A DNA stretch of 64,000 nucleotides from the human T2T-CHM13v2.0 reference genome, Homo sapiens, in assembly GCF_009914755.1 (NCBI RefSeq), contig NC_060925.1. One strand, written 5' to 3'. Below, piece after piece: positions 44,401-60,869 of the stretch. Every line of letters begins with the position of its first letter. Position 1 is the stretch's first letter. Under the pieces are notes generated by a model, which was given only the letters and a program-made list of their open reading frames with translations, ran no database searches and had not been told where the DNA came from. A program made the translations under genes and the position numbers.

Positions 44401-44590
44401 TAATGGAATCATTGAACAGAATTGAATGGAATCGTCATCGAATGAATTGAATGCAATCATCGAATGGTCTCGAATGGAATCATCTTCTAATGGAAAGGAA
44501 TGGAATCATCGCATAGAATCGAATGGAATTATCATCGAATGGAATCGAATGGTATCAACACCAAACGGAAAAAAACGGAATTATCGAATG
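38420..44590 (+). repeat. Near-identical tandem duplication, period 3084 bp (1776 + 1308)
   Basis: Anchors 38726/41810, 40034/43118 and 41342/44426 are offset by 3084. Shared private variants include GCAATAATC, GGCAATGAAAGG, CAGAATGAATC, TATCCAATGC and CCAGAGTG. Confidence 0.92.
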
Positions 44591-47500
44591 GAATCGAAGA
44601 GAATCTTCGAACGGACCCAAATGGAATCATCTAATGGAATGGAATGGAATAATCCATGGACTCGAATGCAATCATCATCGAATGGAATCGAATGGAATCA
44701 TCGAATGGACTCGAATGGAATAATCATTGAATGGAATCAAATGGAATCATCATTGGATGGAAACGAATGGAATCATCATCGAATGGAAATGAAAGGAGTC
44801 ATCATCTAATGGAATTGCATGGAATCATCATAAAATGGAATCGAATGGAATCAACATCAAATGGAATCAAATGGAATCATTGAACGGAATTGAATGGAAT
44901 CGTCATCGAATGAATTGACTGCAATCATCGAATGGTCTCGAATGGAATCATCTTCAAATGGAATGGAATGGAATCATCGCATAGAATCGAATGGAATTAT
45001 CATCGAATGGAATCGAATGGAATCATCGCATAGAATCGAATGGAATTATCATCGAATGGAATCGAATGGAATCAACATCAAACGGAAAAAAACGGAATTA
45101 TCGTATGGAATCGAAGAGAATCATCGAATGGACCCGAATGGAATCATCTAATGGTATGGAATGGAATAATCCATGGACTCGAATGCAATCATCATCGAAT
45201 GGAATCGAATGGAATCATCGAATGGACTCGAATGGAATAATCATTGAACGGAATCGAATGGAATCATCATCGGATGGAAATGAATGGAATCATCATCGAA
45301 TGGAATCGAATAGAATTATGGAATGAAATCCAGTGTCATCATCATCGAATGGACCCGAATGGAATCATCATCCAACGGAAGCTAATGGAATCAACATCGA
45401 ATGAATCGAATGGAAACACCATCGAATTGAAACGAATGGAATTATCATGAAATTGAAATGGATGGACTCATCATCGAATGGATTCGAATGGAATCATCGA
45501 ATAAAATTGATTGAAATCATCAACAAATGGAATCGAATGGTATCATTGAATGGAATCGAATGGAATCATCATCAGATGGAAATGAATGGAATCGTCATAG
45601 AATGGAATCGAATGGATTCATTGAATGGAATCAGATGGAATCATCGAATGGACTGGAATGGAATCATTGAATGGACACGAAAGGATTCATTATTGAATGG
45701 AATTGAATGGAATCATCGAATGGTCTCGATTGGAATCATTATCAAATGGAATCGAATGGAATCACCGAATAGAATCGAATGGAACAATCATCGAATGGAC
45801 TCAAATGGAATTATCCTCAAATGGAATCGAATGGAAATATCGAATGCAATCGAATGGAATTATCGAATGCAATCGAATAGAATCATCGAATGGACTCGAA
45901 TGGAATCATCGAATGGAATGGAATGGAACAGTCAATGAACTCGAATGGAATCATCATTGAATGGAATCGAATGGAATCATCGAGTGGAATCGAATGGAAT
46001 TATGATCAAATGGAATCGAATGTAATCATCATCAAATGGAATCAAAAATAACCATCATCAATTGGTATTGAATGGAATTCTCATCAAATGGAATTCAAAG
46101 GAATCATCATCAAATGGAACCGAATGGAATCCTCATTGAATGGAAATGAAAGGGGTCATCATCTAATGGAATCGCATGGAATCATCATCAAATGGAATCG
46201 AATGGAATCATCATCAAATGGAATCTAATGGAATCATTGAACAGAATTGAATGGAATCGTCATCGAATGAATTGAATGCAATCATCGAATGGTCTCGAAT
46301 GGAACCATCTTCTAATGGAAAGGAATGGAATCATCGCATAGAATCGAATGGAACAATCATCGAATGGACTCAAATGGAATTATCCTCAAATGGAATGGAA
46401 TGGAATTATCGAATGCAATCGAATGGAATTATAGAATGCAATCGAATAGAATCATCGAATGGACTCGAATGGAATAATCATTGAACGGAATCGAATGGAA
46501 TCATCATCGGATGGAAACGAATGGAATCATCATCGAATGGAAATGAAAGGAGTCATCATCTAATGGAATCGCATGGAATCATGATAAAATGGAATCGAAT
46601 GGAATCAACATCAAATGGAATCAAATGGAATCATTGAACGGAATTGAATGGAATCGTCATCGAATAAATTGAATGCAATCATCGAATGGTCTCGAATGGA
46701 ATCATCTTCAAATGGAATGGAATGGAATCATCGCATAGAATCGAATGGAATTATCATCGAATGGAATCGAATGGAATCAACATCAAACGGAAAAAAACGG
46801 AATTATCGAATGGAATCGAAGAGAATCATCGAATGGACCCGAATGGAATCATCTAATGGAATGGAATGGAATAATCCATGGACTCGAATGCAATCATCAT
46901 CGAATGGAATCGAATGGAATCATCGAATGGACTCGAATGGAATAATCATGGAACGGAATCGAATGGAATCATCATCGGATGGAAATGAAAGGAGTCATCA
47001 TCTAATGGAATTGCATGGAATCATCATAAAATGGAATCGAATGGAATCAACATCAAATGGAATCAAATGGAATCATTGAACGGAATTGAATGGAATCGTC
47101 ATCGAATGAATTGAATGCAATCATCGAATGGTCTCGAATGGAATCATCTTCAAATGGAATGGAATGGAATCATTGCATAGAATCGAATGGAATTGTCATC
47201 GAATGGAATCGAATGGAATCAACATCAAACGGAAAAAAACGGAATTATCGAATGGAATCGAAGAGAATCATCGAATGGACCCGAATGGAATCATCTAATG
47301 GAATGGAATGGAATAATCCATGGACTCGAATGCAATCACCATCGAATGGAATCGAATGGAATCATCGAATGGACTCGAATGGAATAATCATTGAACGGAA
47401 TCGAATAGAATCATCATCGGATGGAAATGAATGGAATCATCATCGAATGGAATCGAATAGAATTATGGAATGAAATCCAGTGTGATCATCATCGAATGGA

Positions 47501-50500
47501 CCCGAATGGAATCATCATCCAACGGATGCTAATGGAATCAACATCGAATGAATCAAATGGAAACACCATCGAATTGAAACGAATGGAATTACCATGAAAT
47601 TGAAATGGATGGACTCATCATCGAATGGATTCGAAAGGAATCATCGAATAAAATTGATTGAAATCATCATCGAATGGAATCGAATTGTATCATTGAATGG
47701 AATTGAATGGAATCATCATCAGATGGAAATGAATGGAATCGTCATAGAATGGAATCGAATGGATTCATTGAATGGAATCAGATGGAATCATCGAATGGAC
47801 TGGAATGGAATCATTGAATGGACTCGAAAGGGATCATGATTGAATGGAATTGAATGGAATCATCGAATGGTCTCGATTGGAATCATTATCAAATGGAATC
47901 GAACGGAATCACCGAACAGAATCGAATGGAACAATCATCGAATGGACTCAAATGGAATTATCCTCAAATGGAATCGAATGGAAATATCGAATGCATTCGA
48001 ATGGAATTATTGAATGCAATCGAATAGAATCATCGAATGGACTCGAATGGAATCATCGAATGGAATGGAATGGAACAGTCAATGAACTCGAATGGAATCA
48101 TCATTGAATGGAATCGAATGGAATCATCGAGTGGAATCGAATGGAATTATGATCAAATGGAATCGAATGTAATCCTCATCAAATGGAATCAAAAATAACC
48201 ATCATCAATTGGTATTCAATGGAATTGTCATCAAATGGAATTCAAAGGAATCATCATCAAATGGAACCGAATGGAATCCTCATTGAATGGAAATGAAAGG
48301 GGTCATCATCTAATGGAATCGCATGGAATCATCATCAAATGGAATCGAATGGAATCATCATCAAATGGAATCTAATGGAATCATTGAACAGAATTTAATG
48401 GAATCGTCATCGAATGAATTGAATGCAATCATCGAATGGTCTCGAATGGAACCATCTTCTAATGGAAAGGAATGGAATCATCGCATAGAATCGAATGGAA
48501 TTGTCATCGAATGGAATCGAATGGTATCAACACCAAACGGAAAAAAACGGTATTATAGAATGGAATCGAAGAGAATCTTCGAACGGACCCGAATGGAATC
48601 ATCTAATGGAATGGAATGGAATAATCCATGGACTCGAATGCAATCATCATCGAATGGAATCGAATGGAATCATCGAATGGACTCGAATGGAATAATCATT
48701 GAACGGAATCGAATGGAATCATCATCGGATGGAAACGAATGGAATCATCATCGAATGGGAATGAAAGGAGTCATCATCTAATGGAATTGCATGGAATCAT
48801 CATAAAATGGAATCGAATGGAATCAACATCAAATGGAATCAAATGGAATCATTGAACGGAATTGAATGGAATCGTCATCGAATGAATTGAATGCAATCAT
48901 CGAATGGTCTCGAATGGAATCATCTTCAAATGGAATGGAATGGAATCATCGCATAGAATCGAATGGAATTATCATCGAATGCAATCGAATGGAATCAACA
49001 CCAAACGGAAAAAAACGGAATTATCGAATGGAATCGAAGAGAATCATCGAATGGACCCGAATGGAATCATCTAATGGAATGGAATGGAATAATCCAAGGA
49101 CTCGAATGCAATCATCATCGAATGGAATCGAATGGAATCATCGAATGGACTCGAATGGAATAATCATTGAACGGAATCGAATGGAATCATCATCGGATGG
49201 AAATGAATGGAATCGTCATCGAATGGAATCGAATAGAATTATGGAATGAAATCCAGTGTGATCATCATCGAATGGACCTGAATGGAATCATCATCCAACG
49301 GAAGCTAATGGAATCATCATCGAATGAATCAAATGGAAACACCATCGAATTGAAACGAATGGAATTACCATGAAATTGAAATGGATGGACTCATCATCAA
49401 ATGTGTTCGAATGGAATCATCGAATAAAATTGATTGAAATCATCATCGAATGGAATCGAATGGTATCATTGAATGGAATCGAATGGAATCCTCATTGAAT
49501 GGAAATGAAAGGGGTCATCATCTAATGGAATCGCATGGAATCATCATCAAATGGAATCGAATGGAATCATCATCAAATGGAATCTAATGGAATCATTGAA
49601 AGAATTGAATGGAATCATCATCGAATGAATTGAATGCAATCATCGAATGTTCCCGAATGGAATCATCTTCTAATGGAAAGGAATGGAATCATCGCATAGA
49701 ATCGAATGGAATTATCATCGAATGGAATCGAATGGTATCAACACCAAACGGAAAAAAACGGAATTATCGAATGGAATCGAAGAGAATCTTCGAACGGACC
49801 CGAATGGAATCATCTAATGGAATGGAATGGAATAATCCATGGACTCGAATGCAATCATCATCGAATGGAATCGAATGGAATCATCGAATGGACTCGAATG
49901 GAATAATCATTGAACGGAATCGAATGGAATCATCATCGGATGGAAACGAATGGAATCATCATCGAATGGAAATGAAAGGAGTCATCATCTAATGGAATTG
50001 CATGGAATCATCATCAAATGGAATCGAATGGAATCAACATCAAATGGAATCAAATGGAATCATTGAACGGAATTGAATGGAATCGTCATCGAATGAATTG
50101 AATGCAATCATCGAATGGTCTCGAATGGAATCATCTTCAAATGGAATGGAATGGAATCATCGCATAGAATCGAATGGAATTATCATCGAATGGAATCGAA
50201 TGGAATCAACATCAAACGGAAAAAAACGGAATTATCGAATGGAATCGAAGAGAATCATCGAATGGACCCGAATGGAATCATCTAATGGAATGGAATGGAA
50301 TAATCGATGGACTCGAATGCAATCATCATCGAATGGAATCGAATGGAATCATCGAATGGACTCGAATGGAATAATCATTGAACGGAATCGAATGGAATCA
50401 TCATCGGATGGAAATGAATGGAATCATCATCGAATGGAATCGAATAGAATTATGGAATGAAATCCAGTGTGATCATCATCGAATGGACCCGAATGGAATC

Positions 50501-52486
50501 ATCATCCAACGGAAGCTAATGGAATCAATATCGAATGAATCAAATGGAAACACCATCGAATTTAAACGAATGGAATTACCATGAAATTGAAATGGATGGA
50601 GGACTCGAAAGGGATCATTATTGAATGGAATTGAATGGAATCATCGAATGGTCTCGATTGGAATCATTATCAAATGGAATCGAATGGAATCACCGAATAG
50701 AATCGAATGGAACAATCATCGAATGGACTCAAATGGAATTATCCTCAAATGGAATTGAATGGAATTATCGAATGCAATCGAATGGAATTATCGAATGCAA
50801 TCGAATAGAATCATCGAATGGATTCGAATGGAATCATCGAATGGAATGGAATGGAACAGTCAATGAACTCGAATGGAATCATCATTGAATGGAATCGAAT
50901 GGAATCATCGAGTGGAATCGAATGTAATCATCATCAAATGGAATCAAAAATAACCATCATCAAATGGAATCAAAAATAACCATCATCAATTTGTATTGAA
51001 TGGAATTCTCATCAAATGGAATTCAAAGGAATCATCATCAAATGGAACCGAATGGAATCCTCATTGAATGGAAATGAAAGGGGTCATCATCTAATGGAAT
51101 CGCATGGAATCATCATAAAATGGAATCGAATGGAATCAACATCAAATGGAATCAAATGGAATCATTGAACGGAATTGAATGGAATCGTCATCGAATGAAT
51201 TGAATGCAATCATCGAATGGTCTCGAATGGAATCATCTTCAAATGGAATGGAATGGAATCATCGCATAGAATCGAATGGAATTATCATCGAATGGAATCG
51301 AATGGAATCAACACCAAACGGGAAAAAACGGAATTATCGAATGGAATCGAAGAGAATCATCGAATGGACCCGAATGGAATCATCTAATGGAATGGAATGG
51401 AATAATCCATGGACTGGAATGCAATCATCATCGAATGGAATCGAATGGAATCATCGAATGGACTCGAATGGAATAATCATTGAACGGAATCGAATGGAAT
51501 CATCATCGGATGGAAACGAATGGAATCATCATCGAATGGAATCGAATAGAATTATGGAATGAAATCCAGTGTGATCATCATCGAATGGACCCGAATGGAA
51601 TCATCATCCAACGGAAGCTAATGGAATCAACATCGAATGAATCAAATGGAAACACCATCGAATTGAAACGAATGGAATTACCATGAAATTGAAATGGATG
51701 GACTCATCATCAAATGGATTCGAATGGAATCATCGAATAAAATTGATTGAAATCATCATCGAATGGAATCGAATGGTATCATTGAATGGAATCGAATGGA
51801 ATCATCATCAGATGGAAATGAATGGAATCGTCATAGAATGGAATCGAATGGATTCATTGAATGGAATCAGATGGAATCATTGAATGGACTGGAATGGAAT
51901 CATTGAATGGACTCGAAAGGGATCATTATTGAATGGAATTGAATGGAATCATCGAATGGTCTCGATTGGAATCATTATCAAATGGAATCGAATGGAATCA
52001 CCGAATAGAATCGAATGGAACAATCATCGAATGGACTCAAATGGAATTATCCTCCAATGGAATCGAATGGAATTATCGAATGCAATCGAATGGAATTATC
52101 GAATGCAATCGAATAGAATCATCGAATGGACTCGAATGGAATCATCGAACGGAATGGAATGGAACAGTCAATGAACTCGAATGGAATCATCATTGAATGG
52201 AATCGAATGGAATCATCGAGTGGAATCGAAAGGAATTATGACCAAATGGAATCGAATGTAATCATCATCAAATGGAATCAAAAATAACCATCATCAATTG
52301 GTATTGAATGGAATTGTCATCAAATGGAATTCAAAGGAATCATCATCAAATGGAACCGAATGGAATCCTCATTGAATGGAAATGAAAGGGGTCATCATCT
52401 AATGGAATCGCATGGAATCATCATCAAATGGAATCGAATGGAATCATCATCAAATGGAATCTAATGGAATCATTGAAAAGAATTGA

Positions 52487-55400
52487 ATGGAATCGTCATC
52501 GAATGAATTGAAAGCAATCATCGAATGGTCTCGAATGGAATCATCTTCTAATGGAAAGGAATGGAATCATCGCATAGAATCGAATGGAATTATCATTGAA
52601 TGGAATCGAATGGTATCAACACCAAACGGAAAAAAACGGAATTATCGAATGGAATCGAAGAGAATCTTCGAACGGACCCGAATGGAATCATCTAATGGAA
52701 TGGAACGGAATAATCCATGGACTCGAATGCAATCATCATCGAATGGAATCGAATGGAATCATCGAATGGACTCGAATGGAATAATCATTGAACGGAATCG
52801 AATGGAATCATCATCGGATGGAAACGAATGGAATCATCATCCAATGGAAATGAAAGGAGTCATCATCTAATGGAATTGCATGGAATCATCATAAAATGGA
52901 ATCGAATGGAATCAACATCAAATGGAATCAAATGGAATAATTGAACGGAATTGAATGGAATCGTCATCGAATGAATTGAATGCAATCATCGAATGGTCTA
53001 GAATTGAATCATCTTCAAATGGAATGGAATGGAATCATCGCATAGAATCGAATGGAAGTATCATCGAATGGAATCGAATGGAATCAACATCAAACGGAAA
53101 AAAACGGAATTATCGAATGGAATCGAAGAGAATCATCGAATGGACCCGAATGGAATCATCTAATGGAATGGAATGGAATAATCCATGGACTCGAATGCAA
53201 TCATCATCGAATGGAATCGAATGGAATCATCGAATGGACTCGAATGGAATAATCATTGAACGGAATCGAATGGAATCATCATCGGATGGAAATGAATGGA
53301 ATCATCATCGAATGGAATCGAATAGAATTATGGAATGAAATCCAGTGTGATCATCATCGAATGGATCCGAATGGAATCATCATTCAACGGAAGCTAATGG
53401 AATCAACATCGAATGAATCGAATGGAAACACCATCGAATTGAAACGAATGGAATTATCATGAAATTGAAATGGATGGACTCATCATCGAATGGATTCGAA
53501 TGGAATCATCGAATAAAATTGATTGAAATCATCATCCAATGGAATCGAATGGTATCATTGAATGGAATCGAATGGAATCATCATCAGATGGAAATGAATG
53601 GAATCGTCATAGAATGGAATCGAATGGATTCATTGAATGGAATCAGATGGAATCATCGAATGGACTGGAATGGAATCATTGAATGGACTCGAAAGGGATC
53701 ATGATTGAATGGAATTGAATGGAATCATCGAATGGTCTCGATTGGAATCATTAACAAATGGAATCGAATGGAATCACCGAATAGAATCGAATGGAACAAT
53801 CATCGAATGGACTCAAATGGAATTATCCTCCAATGGAATCGAATGGAATTATCGAATGCAATCGAATGGAATTATCGAATGCAATCGAATAGAATCATCG
53901 AATGGACTCGAATGGAATCATCGAATGGAATGGAATGGAACAGTCAAGGAACTCGAATGGAATCATCATTGAATGGAATCGAATGGAATCATCGAGTGGA
54001 ATCGAATGGAAATATGATCAAATGGAATCGAATATAATCATCATCAAATGGAATCAAAAATAACCATCATTAATTGGTATTGAATGGAATTCTCATCAAA
54101 TGGAATTCAAAGGAATCATCATCAAATGGAACTGAATGGAATCCTCATTGAATGGAAATGAAAGGGGTCATCATCTAATGGAATCGCATGGAATCATCAT
54201 CAAATGGAATCGAATGGAATCATCATCAAATGGAATCTGATGGAATCATTGAACAGAATTGAATGGAATCGTCATCGAATGAATTGAATGCAATCATCGA
54301 ATGGTCTCGAATGTAATCACATTCTAATGGAAAGGAATGGAATCATCGCATAGAATCGAATGGAATTAACATTGAATGGACTCGAATGGAATCAACATCA
54401 AACGGAATCAAGCGGAATTATCGAATGGAATCGAAGAGAATCATCGAATGGTCTCGAATGGAATCATCTTCTAATGGAAAGGAATGGAATCATCGCATAG
54501 AATCGAATGGAATTAACATTGAATGGACTCGAATGGAATCAACATCAAATGGAATCAAGCGGAATTATCGAATGAAATCGAAGAGAATCATCGAATGGAC
54601 TCGAATGGAATCATCTAATGGAATGGAATGGAAGAATCCACGGACTCGAATGCAATCATCATTGTATAGAATCGAATGGAATCATCGAATGGACTCGAAT
54701 GGAATAAACATTGAACGGAATAGAATGGAATCATCATCGGAAGGAAACGAATGGAATCATCATCGAATGGAAATGTAAGGAGTCATCATCTAATGGAATT
54801 GCATGGAATCATCATAAAATGGAATCGAATGGAATCATCATCAAATGGAATCAAATGGAATCATTGAACGGAATTGAATGGAATCGTCATCGAATGAATT
54901 GAATGCAATCATCGAATGGTCTCGAATGGAATCATCTTCAAATGGAATGGAATGGAATCATCGCATAGAATCGAATGGAATTATCATCGAATGGAATCGA
55001 ATGGAATCAACATCAAACGGAAAAAAACGGAATTATCGAATGGAATCGAAGAGAATCTTCGAACGGACCCGAAAGGAATCATCTAATGGAATGGAATGGA
55101 ATAATCCATGGACTCGAATGCAATCATCATCGAATGGAATCGAATGGAATCATTGAATGGACTCGAATGGAATAATCATTGAACGGAATCGAATGGAATC
55201 ATCATCGGATGGAAATGAATGGAATCATCATCGAATGGAATCGAATAGAATTATGGAATGAAATCCAGTGTGATCATCATCGAATGGACCCGAATGGAAT
55301 CATCATCCAACGGAAGCTAATGGAATCAACATCGAATGAATCGAATGGAAACACCATCGAATTGAAACGAATGGAATTATCATGAAATTGAAATGGATGG

Positions 55401-56175
55401 ACTCATCATCGAATGGATTCGAATGGAATCATCGAATAAAATTGATTGAAATCATCATCGAATGGAATCGAATGGTATCATTGAATGGAATCGAATGGAA
55501 TCGTCATCAGATGGAAATGAATGGAATCGTCATAGAATGGAATCGAATGGATTCATTGAATAGAATCAGATGGAATCATCGAATGGACTGGAATGGAATC
55601 ATTGAATGGACTCGAAAGGGATCATGATTGAATGGAATTGAATGGAATCATCGAATGGTCTCGATTGGAATCATTATCAAATGGAATCGAATGGAATCAC
55701 CGAATAGAATCGAATGGAACAATCATCGAATGGACTCAAATGGAATTATCCTCCAATGGAATCGAATGGAATTATCGAATGCAATCGAATGGAATTATCG
55801 AATGCAATCGAATAGAATCATCGAATGGACTCGAATGGAATCATCGAACGGAATGGAATGGAACAGTCAATGAACTCGAATGGAATCATCATTGAATGGA
55901 ATCGAATGGAATCATCGAGTGGAATCGAAAGGAATTATGACCAAATGGAATCGAATGTAATCATCATCAAATGGAATCAAAAATAACCATCATCAATTGG
56001 TATTGAATGGAATTGTCATCAAATGGAATTCAAAGGAATCATCATCAAATGGAACCGAATGGAATCCTCATTGAATGGAAATGAAAGGGGTCATCATCTA
56101 ATGGAATCGCATGGAATCATCATCAAATGGAATCGAATGGAATCATCATCAAATGGAATCATTGAAAAGAATTGA
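52487..56175 (+). repeat. 3699-type dimeric super-unit with a 10-bp deletion (3689 bp)
   Basis: Anchors at 52487, 52955 (XbaI variant), 54263 (variant module), 54878 and 56176. TAATGGAATC is missing at ~56160. Confidence 0.85.
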
Positions 56176-59100
56176 ATGGAATCGTCATCGAATGAATTGA
56201 AAGCAATCATCGAATGGTCTCGAATGGAATCATCTTCTAATGGAAAGGAATGGAATCATCGCATAGAATCGAATGGAATTATCATTGAATGGAATCGAAT
56301 GGTATCAACACCAAACGGAAAAAAACGGAATTATCGAATGGAATCGAAGAGAATCTTCGAACGGACCCGAATGGAATCATCTAATGGAATGGAATGGAAT
56401 AATCCATGGACTCGAATGCAATCATCATCGAATGGAATCGAATGGAATCATCGAATGGACTCGAATGGAATAATCATTGAACGGAATCGAATGGAATCAT
56501 CATCGGATGGAAACGAATGGAATCATCATCGAATGGAAATGAAAGGAGTCATCATCTAATGGAATTGCATGGAATCACCATAAAATGGAATCGAATGGAA
56601 TCAACATCAAATGGAATCAAATGGAATCATTGAACGGAATTGAATGGAATCGTCATCGAATGAATTGAATGCAATCATCGAATGGTCTCGAATGGAATCA
56701 TCTTCAAATGGAATGGAATGGAATCATCGCATAGAATCGAATGGTATTATCATCGAATGGAATCGAATGGAATCAACATCAAACGGAAAAAAACGGAATT
56801 ATCGAATGGAATCGAAGAGAATCATCGAATGGACCCGAATGGAATCATCTAATGGAATGGAATGGAATAATCCATGGACTCGAATGCAATCATCATCGAA
56901 TGGAATCGAATGGAATCATCGAATGGACTCGAATGGAATAATCATTGAACGGAATCGAATGGAATCATCATCGGATGGAAATGAAAGGAGTCATCATCTA
57001 ATGGAATTGCATGGAATCATCATAAAATGGAATCGAATGTAATCATCGAGTGGAATCGAAAGGAATTATGACCAAATGGAATCGAATGTAATCATCATCA
57101 GATGGAATCAAAAATAACCATCATCAATTGGTATTGAATGGAATTGTCATCAAATGGAATTCAAAGGAATCATCATCAAATGGAACCGAATGGAATCCTG
57201 ATTGAATGGAAATTAAAGGGGTCATCATCTAATGGAATCGCATGGAATCATCATCAAATGGAATCGAATGGAATCATCATCAAATGGAATCTAATGGAAT
57301 CATTGAACAGAATTGAATGGAATCGTCATCGAATGAATTGAATGCAATCATCGAATGGTCTCGAATGGAATCATCTTCTAATGGAAAGGAATGGAATCAT
57401 CGCATAGAATCGAATGGAATTATCATCGAATGGAATCGAATGGTATCAACACCAAACGGAAAAAAACGGAATTATCGAATGGAATCGAAGAGAATCTTCG
57501 AACGGACCCGAATGGAATCATCTAATGGAATGGAACGGAATAATCCATGGACTCGAATGCAATCATCATCGAATGGAATCGAATGGAATCATCGAATGGA
57601 CTCGAATGGAATAATCATTGAACGGAATCGAATGGAATCATCATCGGATGGAAATGAATGGAATCATCATCGAATGGAATCGAATAGAATTATGGAATGA
57701 AATCCAGTGTGATCATCATCGAATGGACCCGAATGGAATCATCATCCAACGGAAGCTAATGGAATCAACATCGAATGAATCGATTGGAAACACCATCGAA
57801 TTGAAACGAATGGAATTATCATGAAATTGAAATGGATGGACTCATCATCGAATGGATTCAAATGGAATCATCAAATAAAATTGATTGAAATCATCATCAA
57901 ATGGAATCGAATGGTATCATTGAATGGAATCGAATGGAATCATCATCAGATGGAAATGAATGGAATCGTCATAGAATGGAATCGAATGGATTCATTGAAT
58001 GGAATCAGATGGAATCATCGAATGGACTGGAATTGAATCATTGAATGGACTCGAAAGGGATCATTATTGAATGGAATTGAATGGAATCATCGAATGGTCT
58101 CGATTGGAATCATTACCAAATGGAATCGAATGGAATCACCGAATAGAATCGAATGGAACAATCATCGAATGGACTCAAATGGAATTATCCTCAAATGGAA
58201 TCGAATGGAATTATCAAATGCAATCGAATGGAATTATCGAATGCAATCGAATAGAATCATCGAAAGGACTCGAATGGAATCATCGAATGGAATGGAATGG
58301 AACAGTCAATGAACTCGAATGGAATCATCATTGAATGGAATCGAATGGAATCATCGAGTGGAATCGAATGGAATTATGATCAAATGGAATCGAATGTAAT
58401 CATCATCAAATGGAATCAAAAATAACCATCATCAATTGGTATTGAATGGAATTGTCATCAAATGGAATTCAAAGGAATCATCATCAAATGGAACCGAATG
58501 GAATCCTGATTGAATGGAAATGACAGGGGTCATCATCTGATGGAATCGCATGGAATCATCATCAAATGGAATCGAATGGAATCATCATCAAATGGAATCT
58601 AATGGAATCATTGAACAGAATTGAATGGAATCGTCATCGAATGAATTGAATGCAATCATCGAATGGTCTCGAATGGAATCATCTTCTAATGGAAAGGAAT
58701 GGAATCATCGCATAGAATCGAATGGAATTATCATCGAATGGAATCGAATGGTATCAACAGCAAACGGAAAAAAACGGAATTATCGAATGGAATCGAAGAG
58801 AATCTTCGAACGGACCCGAATGGAATCATCTAATGGAATGGAATGGAATAATCCATGGACTCGAATGCAATCATCATCGAATGGAATCGAATGGAATCAT
58901 CGAATGGACTCGAATGGAATAATCATTGAACGGAATCGAATGGAATCATCATCGGATGGAAACGAATGGAATCATCATCGAATGGAAATGAAAGGAGTCA
59001 TCATCTAATGGAATTGCATGGAATCATCATAAAATGGAATCGAATGGAATCAACATCAAATGGAATCAAATGGAATCATTGAACGGAATTGAATGGAATC

Positions 59101-60869
59101 GTCATCGAATGAATTGACTGCAATCATCGAATGGTCTCGAATGGAATCATCTTCAAATGGAATGGAATGGAATCATCGCATAGAATCGAATGGAATTATC
59201 ATCGAATGGAATCGAATGGTATCAACACCAAACGGAAAAAAAACGGAATTATCGAATGGAATCGAAGAGAATCTTCGAACGGACCCGAATGGAATCATCT
59301 AATGGAATGGAATGGAATGATCCATAGACTCGAATGCAATCATCATCGAATGGAATCGAATGGAATCATCGAATGGACTCGAATGGAATAATCATGGAAC
59401 GGAATCGAATGGAATCATCATCGGATGGAAACGAATGGAATCATCATCGAATGGAAATGAAAGGAGTCATCATCTAATGGAATTGCATGGAATCATCATA
59501 AAATGGAATCGAATGGAATCAACATCAAATGGAATCAAATGGAATCATTGAACGGAATTGAATGGAATCGTCATCGAATGCATTGACTGCAATCATCGAA
59601 TGGTCTCGAATGGAATCATCTTCAAATGGAATGGAATGCAATCATCGCATAGAATCGAATGGAATTATCATCGAATGGAATCGAATGGAATCAACATCAA
59701 ACGGAAAAAAACAGAATTATCGTATGGAATCGAAGAGAATCATCGAATGGACCCGAATGGAATCATCTAATGGAATGGAATGGAATAATCCATGGACTCG
59801 AATGCAATCATCATCGAATGGAATCGAATGGAATCATCGAATGGACTCGAATGGAATAATCATTGAACGGAATCGAATGGAATCATCATCGCATGGAAAT
59901 GAATGGAATCATCATCCAATGGAATCGAATAGAATTATGGAATGAAATCCAGTGTGATCATCATCGAATGGACCCGAATGGAATCATCATCCAACGGAAG
60001 CTAATGGAATCAACATCGAATGAATCGAATGGAAACACCATCGAATTGAAACGAATGGAATTATCATGAAATTGAAATGGATGGACTCATCATCGAATGG
60101 ATTCGAATGGAATCATCGAATAAAATTGATTGAAATCATCATCAAATGGAATCGAATGGTATCATTGAATGGAATCGAATGGAATCATCATCAGATGGAA
60201 ATGAATGGAATCGTCATAGAATGGAATCGAATGGATTCATTGAATGGAATCAGATGGAATCATCGAATGGACTGGAATGGAATCATTGAATGGACTCGAA
60301 AGGGATCATTATTGAATGGAATTGAATGGAATCATCGAATGGTCTCGATTGGAATCATTATCAAATGGAATCGAATGGAATCACCGAATAGAATCGAATG
60401 GAACAATCATCGAATGGACTCAAATGAAATTATCCTCAAATGGAATCGAATGGAATTATCGAATGCAATCGAATGGAATTATCGAATGCAATCGAATAGA
60501 ATCATCGAATGGACTCGAATGGAATCATCGAATGGAATGGAATGGAACAGTCAATGAACTCGAATGGAATCATCATTGAATGGAATCGAATGGAATCATC
60601 GAGTGGAATCGAATGGAATTATGATCAAATGGAATCGAATGTAATCATCATCAAATGGAATCAAAAATAACCATCATCAATTGGTATTGAATGGAATTGT
60701 CATCAAATGGAATTCAAAGGAATCATCATCAAATGGAACCGAATGGAAGCCTCATTGAATGGAAATGAAAGGGGTCATCATCTAATGGAATCGCATGGAA
60801 TCATCATCAAATGGAATCGAATGGAATCATCATCAAATGGAATCTAATGGAATCATTGAACAGAATTGA

